Positions 16,672 through 24,000 of a DNA stretch of 24,000 bases are shown here, piece after piece. The notes under the pieces were generated by a model, which was given only the letters and a program-made list of their open reading frames with translations, was not told the origin of the DNA and did no database searches. Source of the DNA: Geobacillus zalihae NBRC 101842 (GTDB lineage Bacteria; Bacillota; Bacilli; Bacillales; Anoxybacillaceae). The DNA is taken from assembly GCF_001544135.1 (NCBI RefSeq), contig NZ_BCPV01000023.1:34931-58930 (forward strand), in the 5' to 3' direction. Position 1 is the stretch's first letter. Every line of letters starts with the position of its first letter. The position numbers and the translations under genes were made by a program.

Positions 16672-18018
16672 ATGAAGGCAAAAACAAAAAAATATATCCA
16701 AGTCAAAACAGCGATTCCGGGACCAAAAGCAAAGGAGCTATTAAGAAAAAAAGAAGAGAATGTTCCGCGGGGGCCGTTTCACACCGTACCGACATTTGGG
16801 GTAAAAGGAGAGGGGGCTCTCTTAACCGATGTGGATGGAAATACGTTTATCGACTTGGCTGGGGCGATTGGAAGCCTCAATGTCGGCCATTGCCCCCCGA
16901 AAGTGGTGGAAGCGATCCAAAAACAAGCGGAGCAGTATATTCATCCATGTTTTCACGTTATGATGTATGAACCGTATGTCGAATTGGCAGAGACATTGAA
17001 CCGCATCACGCCAGGGAATCATTCGAAAAAGACCTTCTTCTTGAACAGCGGGGCAGAAGCGGTCGAAAATGCCGTCAAAATTGCCCGAAAGTATACTGGG
17101 AGAAGAGCCATTCTCTCCTTTGAAAGAGGATTTCACGGACGGACGCTGCTGGCGATGTCGCTCACGAGCAAAGTCAAACCCTATAAATTCGGATTCGGCC
17201 CCTTTGCGCCCGATACGTACAAACTGCCTTATCCATATTATTACCGAAAGCCAGCGGGCATGACCAACGAGGAATTGGACGCCGAGCTTTTGCGGCGGCT
17301 TGAGGATTTTTTCCTCTCCGACGTTCCGGCAGAAGAGGTAGCCGCAATCATTATGGAGCCTGTACAAGGGGAGGGCGGGTTTATTGTTCCGTCGAAAACA
17401 TTTGTTCAAGGGGTCAAACGAATTTGTGAAAAATACGGGATTTTGTTTATCGCCGATGAGATCCAGACGGGATTTGGACGAACGGGGAAGATGTTTGCCA
17501 TTGAACATTTTGATGTGATCCCTGATTTAATCACCATGTCCAAGTCGATCGGGGCAGGAGTGCCGATTAGTGCGGTGACGGGAAGAGCGGAAGTCATGGA
17601 TGCACCCAACCCGGGAGAAATCGGCGGGACGTACGGAGGCAGCCCGCTCGGCTGCGTGGCCGCTTTGGAAGTGATTCGCATGTTGCAACAAGAACAGTTG
17701 GTTGAACGGGCCAATGTCATTGGACAAATCGCCATTGATCGGTTCAGACGGCTGCAGGAGAAATACGAGACGGTCGGGGATGTTCGGGGGCTCGGCGCCA
17801 TGGTGGCCGTTGAATTTGTCACTGACGCTAAGACGAAAACACCGAATAAGGAGTTGACGGCCGCCATTTTGCGAGAATGCCATCAACGGGGGGTCATCGT
17901 CATGGGTGCGGGCCTATACAGCAATGTCATTCGTCTGTTAACGCCGCTTGTCATCACAGATGAACAGCTGGAGGAAGCATTGGATGTCATCGAAGAGGTT
18001 ATTGCCGAATTGGCATGA
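16672..18018 (+). CDS. gabT: 4-aminobutyrate aminotransferase-like class-III PLP aminotransferase
   Basis: The ATG at 16672 follows GGAACGGAGGA. The 448-aa product carries class-III motifs ([33 protein letters not shown]-Lys in ITMSKSIGAG). Overall it resembles Bacillus GabT. Confidence 0.88.
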   Translation: MKAKTKKYIQVKTAIPGPKAKELLRKKEENVPRGPFHTVPTFGVKGEGALLTDVDGNTFIDLAGAIGSLNVGHCPPKVVEAIQKQAEQYIHPCFHVMMYEPYVELAETLNRITPGNHSKKTFFLNSGAEAVENAVKIARKYTGRRAILSFERGFHGRTLLAMSLTSKVKPYKFGFGPFAPDTYKLPYPYYYRKPAGMTNEELDAELLRRLEDFFLSDVPAEEVAAIIMEPVQGEGGFIVPSKTFVQGVKRICEKYGILFIADEIQTGFGRTGKMFAIEHFDVIPDLITMSKSIGAGVPISAVTGRAEVMDAPNPGEIGGTYGGSPLGCVAALEVIRMLQQEQLVERANVIGQIAIDRFRRLQEKYETVGDVRGLGAMVAVEFVTDAKTKTPNKELTAAILRECHQRGVIVMGAGLYSNVIRLLTPLVITDEQLEEALDVIEEVIAELA

Positions 18019-18072
18019 TTAGTGTCCTGACCAAACTACTCATGAAAACTTCGCTATGCAGTCGAATTTTGG

Positions 18073-18106
18073 ACCGTGCCACCTTTTTGTGGCGCGGTTT
18101 TTTATT
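18073..18106 (+). terminator. Rho-independent terminator after gabT
   Basis: Stem ACCGTGCCAC (18073-18082) / GTGGCGCGGT (18089-18098) with one G.U pair. Loop CTTTTT, followed by TTTTTTATT. Confidence 0.88.
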
Positions 18107-18131
18107 GAGATTGACCACTTTTACCACGAGA

Positions 18132-18196
18132 GAATGTTTTTGAAGGGAGAACAATCCGTATTGATGCAAAAATGAATTTTTAATTCAAAAAAGAAT
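18132..18196. promoter_or_regulatory. Candidate enhancer (UAS) repeats upstream of the third sigma-54 promoter
   Basis: GAATGTTTTTGAA (18132-18144, inverted copy), TGCAAAAATGAAT (18165-18177) and ATTCAAAAAAGAAT (18183-18196). The half-site is the same as at 15078-15134. The repeats lie 85-150 bp upstream of the -24 element. Confidence 0.55.
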
Positions 18197-18279
18197 TAGA
18201 ACAGTTGGGGGGTCGCAGGAAATGAGATGATAGAAACCAGTGCGGATAGCTGACAAAAAATATCGAATAGTCAAAATGG

Positions 18280-18295
18280 TGGCACAAAACTTGCG
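18280..18295 (+). promoter_or_regulatory. Sigma-54 (-24/-12) promoter of the aminotransferase-symporter unit
   Basis: TGGCACAAAACTTGCG has the correct GG-N10-GC spacing. The -12 GC lies about 46 nt upstream of ATG 18340. Confidence 0.88.
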
Positions 18296-18339
18296 AACTA
18301 CTTTCAATGAACAAATGGTTTGGTCAAAGGGGGATGTAC

Positions 18340-19677
18340 ATGACACAGAGCAACTGGATGCCTCTCTTTCACAAAATGCCCGACCTGCTCGCGCCAACGA
18401 TGGCGAAAGACCATCCGAATCTGCCGGTTGTCAAGGAAGAGGGGTGCTACTATTACGGATTAGATGGAAGGAAATATCTTGATTTTACTTCTGGTATCGC
18501 CGTGGCGAATACGGGGCATCGTCATCCAAAGGTCGTGCAGGCCATCAAAGAGGCCGCAGACCGCCTAATGCACGGGCCGAGCGGTGTGATCATGTATGAG
18601 TCCATTTTGCGCTTGGCCGAAGAGCTGACGAAAATTTTGCCAGAAGGACTTGACTGCTTCTTTTTTGCCAACAGTGGAACAGAAGCGATCGAAGGTGCGA
18701 TCAAATTAGCGAAACATGTGACACGGCGGCCATACGTCATTTCATTTACCGGATGTTTTCATGGCCGTTCGTTAGGGGCGCTCAGCGTCAGCACATCGAA
18801 AAGCAAATATCGGAAATACTTGCAGCCAAATGGGTTGACGTATCAACTTCCATATGCCAATCCAAAGGATTGTCCAGTTGGGGAGGATCCAGATGTGTAT
18901 TTTGCCAATAGGCTTGAAAACGACGTGGCTTCTTTGTTTGCCCATCAAGTGACTCCGGAAGAAGTGGCATGCATGATTGTCGAGCCGGTGTTGGGAGAAG
19001 GAGGATATATTGTGCCTCCCAAAGGGTGGCTTCACAAGATGAGGGAAATTTGTGATCGCTATGAAATTTTACTTATTTTCGATGAAGTACAGACAGGTTT
19101 TGGTCGTACTGGCGAGTGGTTTGCTGCTCAAACATTCGGTGTCACTCCAGACATTATGGCCATTGCCAAGGGCATCGCTTCCGGTCTTCCATTAAGTGCA
19201 ACAGTGGCTTCGAAAGAATTAATGAAACAGTGGCCGCTCGGCAGCCATGGGACAACCTTTGGAGGCAACCCCATCGCATGCGAGGCGGCGCTGGCGACTT
19301 TAGAAGTATTTAGGGAAGAAAAATTGTTAGAAAATTGCAGGGAAGTTGGGGAATACGCGCGAAAAAAACTGGAAGTTTTAAAAAGGAAGCATCCCGTCAT
19401 TGGAGACGTGCGTTCGATCGGTCTGATGATCGGCATTGAGATCGTCCAGCCGCATACTGGCGAACCGAATGGGGAGGGAGTGATGAATATTTTGAATCGT
19501 TGCCTGCAAAAAGGCGTTCTTTTCTATCTATGCGGCAATCAAGGAGAAGTGATTCGCATGATCCCACCGCTGATCGTGACAAAAGAACAGATTGACGAAG
19601 GATTAAGCATGCTCGACGAGGCGTTGACCGAATATGAAGCGGAAATCGGTGTGCATTCGTTCGCTTCTGGAAAATGA
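18340..19677 (+). CDS. Class-III PLP aminotransferase (putrescine / omega-amino-acid aminotransferase-like)
   Basis: The ATG at 18340 follows AAAGGGGGA (ATG 18334 is an alternative). Motifs [30 protein letters not shown] and PLP-Lys in [10 protein letters not shown]. It is a paralogue of the upstream gabT-like gene. Confidence 0.87.
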   Translation: MTQSNWMPLFHKMPDLLAPTMAKDHPNLPVVKEEGCYYYGLDGRKYLDFTSGIAVANTGHRHPKVVQAIKEAADRLMHGPSGVIMYESILRLAEELTKILPEGLDCFFFANSGTEAIEGAIKLAKHVTRRPYVISFTGCFHGRSLGALSVSTSKSKYRKYLQPNGLTYQLPYANPKDCPVGEDPDVYFANRLENDVASLFAHQVTPEEVACMIVEPVLGEGGYIVPPKGWLHKMREICDRYEILLIFDEVQTGFGRTGEWFAAQTFGVTPDIMAIAKGIASGLPLSATVASKELMKQWPLGSHGTTFGGNPIACEAALATLEVFREEKLLENCREVGEYARKKLEVLKRKHPVIGDVRSIGLMIGIEIVQPHTGEPNGEGVMNILNRCLQKGVLFYLCGNQGEVIRMIPPLIVTKEQIDEGLSMLDEALTEYEAEIGVHSFASGK

Positions 19678-19817
19678 AAAAAGAGGGGGCACATGTCGAT
19701 TGCAATTTGGAAATTGGGTGTATTCAGGAACCGATGTCGTGTCTCGTTGAAGGAATGTCTGCCTTTATGAAAGGACCTCGAAGGAGATCGATTTCTGAAT
19801 TATAAGAGGATGGGGGA

Positions 19818-21242
19818 ATGGTTATGAACGCACTGGATAGTGGGGTTCTCTTATGTTATTTTCTCGTATTGATCGTCGCAGGGATTTTGGGGGCGAAGCG
19901 GGCGAAAACCGCCGAAGATTTTGCGTTGGCAGGCCGAAATCTCGGACTATTTGTCTATCTTGGATGTCTGTCTGCTGTGATTTTGGGCGGCGCTTCAACG
20001 ATTGGGACGGCGAAGTTAGGGTATCAATTTGGGATTTCGGGTATGTGGTTTGTTTTTATGATTGGCTTGGGCATTGCTGTGCTCGGTCTGTTTTTTACAA
20101 ACCAAATTTACGGCGCCCATGTGACCACGATCAGCGAACTGCTTGGCCGCCGTTACAATCAGGAAACGCGTTTGATCAGCGCGTTGGTTGCCGCGATTTA
20201 TACGCTGATGGTTTCGGTGACACAAGTCATTGGGATGGGCACCATCATTCATGCTGTTTTAGGTTGGAGCATGACCGTTTCGATGTTAGTCGGCGGGGGG
20301 ATCGTGCTGTTTTACACGATTCTCGGGGGCATGTGGAGCGTTACGATGACGGACATCATTCAGTTTATCGTCATGACAGTCGGCATTTTCTTCGTAATGC
20401 TGCCAATGAGTTTGTCCCATGTCGGCGGATGGACATCGCTTTTGGAGCGATTGCCAGCGTCGCATTTTGATCTGACGTCCATGGGATGGGCAAATATTTT
20501 CCAATACTTCTTGCTCTATACGTTAGGAATGGTGGTATCACAAGACATTTGGCAACGGGTGTTTACGGCCAGAACACCGAACATTGCTCGAGGCGGCGCA
20601 ATATATGCTGGTCTCTACAGCGTTGCTTATGCCGTAGCGTTAAGCGTCATTGGTATGTGCGGGGTGATTGTTTTTCCGAATATGAACGATCCGCAAAACG
20701 TATTTGCCAACATGTCATTAGAGATTTTGCCACACGGCTTGTTAGGGCTCATTTTGGCCAGCGTATGTTCTGCTCTCATGTCAACGGCCTCCGGAACATT
20801 GCTTGCCTCGTCTACTCTGTTATCGCATGATATTTTGAAGCAATATTGGCTTAAAAATATGAGCGATCGACAGTTTGTCCTTTTGTCCAGAATGATGACG
20901 CTAGCGGTTGGGATTGTCGCCATTGTCTTTGCTATTTGGATTCAGGATGTGCTTGTCGCATTGGATGTAGCCTATGCCATTTTGTCAGGCGCCATTTTCG
21001 TGCCAGTGGTTCTCGGTTTCTTTTGGAAGCGAGCAACAGCGAAAGCCGGCTTCTATTCGATTGTGATCAGCTCATTGGTCGTTCTCATTGGTTTGGTCGT
21101 GGAGGGATTGAGTTCCACCAACCCGATCATGTATGGAATTGGGGTGAGTATCGTTTCGATTGTGGTTTTTTCTTACCTCTTTCCATCCTCCAATCTGAAA
21201 GAAGGGAATAAAATGATAGAGGAGCAACAACATGTCCTATAA
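19818..21242 (+). CDS. Sodium:solute symporter (SSS) family transporter
   Basis: 474 aa with about 13 TMS. SSS-like sequence character (GRNLGLF..., GGMWSVTMTDIIQF). The start is at 19818 or 19824, after AAGAGGATGGGGGA. No promoter or terminator was seen in the 140-nt gap after the aminotransferase, so co-transcription is likely. Confidence 0.85.
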   Translation: MVMNALDSGVLLCYFLVLIVAGILGAKRAKTAEDFALAGRNLGLFVYLGCLSAVILGGASTIGTAKLGYQFGISGMWFVFMIGLGIAVLGLFFTNQIYGAHVTTISELLGRRYNQETRLISALVAAIYTLMVSVTQVIGMGTIIHAVLGWSMTVSMLVGGGIVLFYTILGGMWSVTMTDIIQFIVMTVGIFFVMLPMSLSHVGGWTSLLERLPASHFDLTSMGWANIFQYFLLYTLGMVVSQDIWQRVFTARTPNIARGGAIYAGLYSVAYAVALSVIGMCGVIVFPNMNDPQNVFANMSLEILPHGLLGLILASVCSALMSTASGTLLASSTLLSHDILKQYWLKNMSDRQFVLLSRMMTLAVGIVAIVFAIWIQDVLVALDVAYAILSGAIFVPVVLGFFWKRATAKAGFYSIVISSLVVLIGLVVEGLSSTNPIMYGIGVSIVSIVVFSYLFPSSNLKEGNKMIEEQQHVL

Positions 21243-21348
21243 ACGGATCAGAAAAGAGGATTCTAGCAAATTTGCGGCGAAATAAAAAAATGGATTGACA
21301 CAGGCAATGTTTGGGTTGCGAATACTAGTTTAGGGAAAGGATGGGAAC

Positions 21349-22776
21349 ATGGCGGAAAGAAAACAGCTATACATCAACGGTGAATGGCGGGAAGCCAAGT
21401 CGTACACTGAGCTGAAATCGCCATACTCACGCGAGACGATTGCCGAAATCCCTGTGGCCACCGAACAAGAAGTCGACGAAGCGATCGCGGCGGCGTACGC
21501 CGCGCGGCAAACGATGGCGGCCATGCCAGCGCATGAACGAGCCGCCATTTTAGAGCGGGTCGTCGAGCAGCTGAAAGAGCGGCAGGAAGAAGCGGCGAGG
21601 TTGATCGCCTTGGAAGCAGCCAAACCGATCACCACGGCGAAAGGGGAAGTCGCCCGCACGATCCAAACGTACAAATTCGCCGCCGAAGAAGCCAAACGCA
21701 TTCATGGGGAAACACTGCCGCTCGACGCGGCGCCGGGCGGGGAAAATCGCATCGCCTTGACGGTCCGCGAGCCGATCGGCGTCATCGGGGCGATTACGCC
21801 GTTTAACTTCCCGATGAACTTGGTCGCCCATAAACTTGGCCCGGCCATCGCCTCGGGCAACACAGTTGTGTTAAAACCAGCCAGCCAAACGCCGCTGTCC
21901 GCCTATTTTATCGCCGAATTGTTCGAAAAAGCCGGTTTGCCGAAAGGGGCGCTCAACGTCGTCACCGGAAGCGGCCGCACGGTCGGCGACAAAATCGTCA
22001 CCGACCCGCGCATCAGCATGATCACCTTCACCGGCAGCCCGGAAGTCGGCATCGCGATCCGCAATAAAGCAGGCTTAAAGCGGGTGACGCTCGAGCTCGG
22101 CTCCAACTCGGCCGTGATCGTCGACGAGCAGGTCGATATTGACCGCATCATCCCGCGCTGCGTATTTGGCGCGTTCACGTTCCAAGGACAAGTATGTATT
22201 TCGCTCCAGCGCGTCTATGTCCATGAAAAGCGCTATGACGAGTTCGTCGAAAAATTTGTCGCCGCCGCGAAACAGTTGAAAACAGGCGACCCGTTGGATC
22301 CAACCACCGATGTATCCGCCTTGATTACGCCAAACGATGTCGACCGGGCGCTCTCTTGGATCGAAGAGGCAAAACAAGGCGGCGCCAACGTCGTCCTCGG
22401 CGGCGAGCGCGACGGCAATATCTTGCTTCCGACGGTCATTGTGGACGCCGAACCGACGATGAAAGTGTCTTGCCAAGAAGTGTTCGCCCCGATCGTCTTG
22501 ATCAACCGCGTCCGTTCGATCGATGAAGCCATTGAACTTGTCAATGACTCGCGCTACGGCTTGCAGGCGGGCATCTACACCGACAACGTCCATACCGCGT
22601 GGAAAGCGGCGAAACAACTGCACGTTGGCGGCGTGTTGATTAACGACATCCCAACGTTCCGCGTTGACCATATGCCGTACGGCGGCGTGAAAGAAAGCGG
22701 GTTTGGCCGCGAAGGGATTCGCTATGCGATCGAGGAAATGACGGAGTTGAAATTGATTATTTTTAACCAGAATTAA
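21349..22776 (+). CDS. NAD(P)-dependent aldehyde dehydrogenase (succinate-semialdehyde/lactaldehyde-DH-like)
   Basis: 475 aa. ALDH motifs ELGSNSA and FQGQVCISLQR. SD AGGGAAAGGATGGGA. A possible sigma-A -35 TTGACA lies at 21295-21300. The gene is markedly more GC-rich than the genes immediately upstream. Confidence 0.92.
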   Translation: MAERKQLYINGEWREAKSYTELKSPYSRETIAEIPVATEQEVDEAIAAAYAARQTMAAMPAHERAAILERVVEQLKERQEEAARLIALEAAKPITTAKGEVARTIQTYKFAAEEAKRIHGETLPLDAAPGGENRIALTVREPIGVIGAITPFNFPMNLVAHKLGPAIASGNTVVLKPASQTPLSAYFIAELFEKAGLPKGALNVVTGSGRTVGDKIVTDPRISMITFTGSPEVGIAIRNKAGLKRVTLELGSNSAVIVDEQVDIDRIIPRCVFGAFTFQGQVCISLQRVYVHEKRYDEFVEKFVAAAKQLKTGDPLDPTTDVSALITPNDVDRALSWIEEAKQGGANVVLGGERDGNILLPTVIVDAEPTMKVSCQEVFAPIVLINRVRSIDEAIELVNDSRYGLQAGIYTDNVHTAWKAAKQLHVGGVLINDIPTFRVDHMPYGGVKESGFGREGIRYAIEEMTELKLIIFNQN

Positions 22777-22835
22777 GCGGGATGAGAAGAGGTTGGAGTA
22801 AAGTTTATTCCTAAAATTCTAGAAGAATGGTTGCG

Positions 22836-22866
22836 CAGCCTTGGAGAGAGTGGCACTCCAAGGCTG
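22836..22866. terminator. Stem-loop terminator between convergent ALDH and GT39 genes
   Basis: Perfect 11-bp stem CAGCCTTGGAG (22836-22846) / CTCCAAGGCTG (22856-22866), followed by TATGTTT on the plus strand. The U-tract is weak. Confidence 0.5.
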
Positions 22867-22871
22867 TATGT

Positions 22872-24000
22872 TTAAGCGTGCTTTTCCAAAATATATCCCC
22901 AACGGTTCGAGGCGAGAACAGACAGGTGGTATTTATGCTCGAGCTGTTTGCTGAACCATGCTTTTTTCACGAGAAGCAGGCTTCGGCTTGTATGCAAGAA
23001 CGTTTTCAGCCCTCCGTGCCGAGGTTTGAGGTCATTCGCAAGCTCTGCTGTCAAGACCGCATTTTGCGGCCAGCGACCCTTCTCGTGCAACGGATGGTAC
23101 ATAAACAGTTCGTATCCATGAACAGGCATTTGGGCGGTCTGCTGAAGCAATGCCAGTTCGAAATTTGGCTTGGGATGATGGATATAATGTTGAATATTCG
23201 TTTCGTAAAACGATGTGACGAACAACAGTCCAGTCAGCAACACTCCCCGCGCTCCCCACGTTCCTTTTCTCCATAATTGACTTGCGCAAATGCCAATCAA
23301 TATGCAAAGCGGCGGATAGACAGGGAGGATGTACCATCTGATTTTCGTCTTAGCTATGGTAAACATGAGAAGCGGGACGCAAATCCAAAGCAAAATCCCG
23401 ATCACATCTTCTTTCAATCGATGGTCTGTTCCTTCAAACGCTAAAAGACGAACGCCTTGCATGTAACTGATGACCATGATTCCGACCAAGAGCGCCAGCC
23501 ACCAAAAGAAAAAATGAACAAGAATGATGCCGTAGTAGGTTTCATCGCCGATATGACCTTCAATGGGCCGAGTGGAGCGCAACAACAAGTCATATCCGAT
23601 CATTTGTTTAAAAAAACTGAATCCATCATAGTGATAGCGGGCAAAAGCCCAAGCGAGCACAGGAACAACGAAGGTGAGCGCTGCCCTCCACCATGCGCGC
23701 CAGCGTCCTGACTCCCACTGCCTAGTGATGAGAAAATATAAGACCATGATCAACAGAATGTTCCCCGCATGCCAACTTTTCGTTAAAAAAGCAAGTGAAC
23801 AGGCAAGGCCCGCTGCATACAACCATCGCGTCTGCCGTCTGGCGGCCAGCAAAGAAAGGATGGATAACGTAAAGAAGAATACAAAGAGCGAATCCGCATC
23901 TCCTGTGCGAGCGCAATGGTTGAGAAGATATTGGGTGCTAGTAGACAAGGCAAGCAATGAGACGATCGCGGCCATGCTTCCAAACCGTTTTTTCACAAAT
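22872..24000 (-). CDS. GT39/ArnT-like (PMT_2) integral-membrane glycosyltransferase, N-terminus outside the window
   Basis: The ORF stays open to the window end (the listed M at 23996 is GTG). The product is polytopic with many Trp/Tyr/Phe-rich TMS and a soluble C-terminal domain, as in ArnT/PMT-family transferases. Family assignment rests on sequence character only. Confidence 0.7.
   Translation of the reverse strand, partial: FVKKRFGSMAAIVSLLALSTSTQYLLNHCARTGDADSLFVFFFTLSILSLLAARRQTRWLYAAGLACSLAFLTKSWHAGNILLIMVLYFLITRQWESGRWRAWWRAALTFVVPVLAWAFARYHYDGFSFFKQMIGYDLLLRSTRPIEGHIGDETYYGIILVHFFFWWLALLVGIMVISYMQGVRLLAFEGTDHRLKEDVIGILLWICVPLLMFTIAKTKIRWYILPVYPPLCILIGICASQLWRKGTWGARGVLLTGLLFVTSFYETNIQHYIHHPKPNFELALLQQTAQMPVHGYELFMYHPLHEKGRWPQNAVLTAELANDLKPRHGGLKTFLHTSRSLLLVKKAWFSKQLEHKYHLSVLASNRWGYILEKHA

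Noticed and set aside
21291-21306. Weak sigma-54-like string TGGATTGACACAGGCA (GG-N10-GC) upstream of the second ALDH, plus a 10-bp palindrome GCAAATTTGC at 21266-21275.
   Set aside because: The -24 and -12 flanks deviate from TGGCAC/TTGCW. The string overlaps a perfect sigma-A -35 TTGACA. No TTCAAAAATGAAT repeats are nearby. The gene is also compositionally unlike the regulon.
1-24000. CRISPR arrays, tRNA/rRNA genes, toxin-antitoxin pairs, and phage or defence-system genes.
   Set aside because: No regularly spaced direct repeats, no cloverleaf or rRNA-like sequence, and no ORF with recognisable nuclease, ATPase or defence signatures were seen outside the annotated metabolic genes.

Overview
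The window looks like chromosome from a thermophilic Bacillaceae (Geobacillus-like). That attribution is inferred only from protein similarity and gene order. All identifications rest on motifs read by eye; no database search or folding program was run.

Contents in order:
1. 1-4750 (+): the 3' part of a urease cluster, ureC (5'-truncated)-ureE-ureF-ureG-ureD, plus a UreH-type nickel permease and a bidirectional terminator.
2. 4861-6843 (-): an MFS efflux gene and a GNAT acetyltransferase gene. They are separated by a 221-bp hairpin-ended, protein-less element whose ends match the IS608 (IS200/IS605) end architecture.
3. 7113-9101 (+): D-serine dehydratase and maltose/galactoside O-acetyltransferase.
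4. 9162-10215 (-): a cyclase/kynurenine-formamidase-family gene split by a second, ~0.4-kb hairpin-bounded non-coding insertion.
5. ~10.2-21.3 kb: a sigma-54 regulon.
   - It has a RocR-like PAS/AAA+/HTH activator and three consensus -24/-12 promoters, each about 35 nt upstream of its start codon.
   - AT-rich repeated palindromes sit about 70-150 bp upstream of two of the three promoters.
   - The minus-strand operon is ureohydrolase - aldehyde dehydrogenase - NCS1 permease - CN-hydrolase (- cyclase).
   - The plus-strand units are a GabT-like aminotransferase, then a second class-III aminotransferase with a Na+/solute symporter.
6. 21349-22776 (+): a second aldehyde dehydrogenase.
7. 22872-24000 (-): the C-terminal part of a GT39/ArnT-like membrane glycosyltransferase.

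The most interesting items are the two related IS200/IS605-type miniature elements, which have structured interiors and no transposase in the window. Next is the sigma-54-controlled, urea-releasing amine/guanidino catabolic cluster located next to the urease genes. No CRISPR array, tRNA or rRNA was seen.
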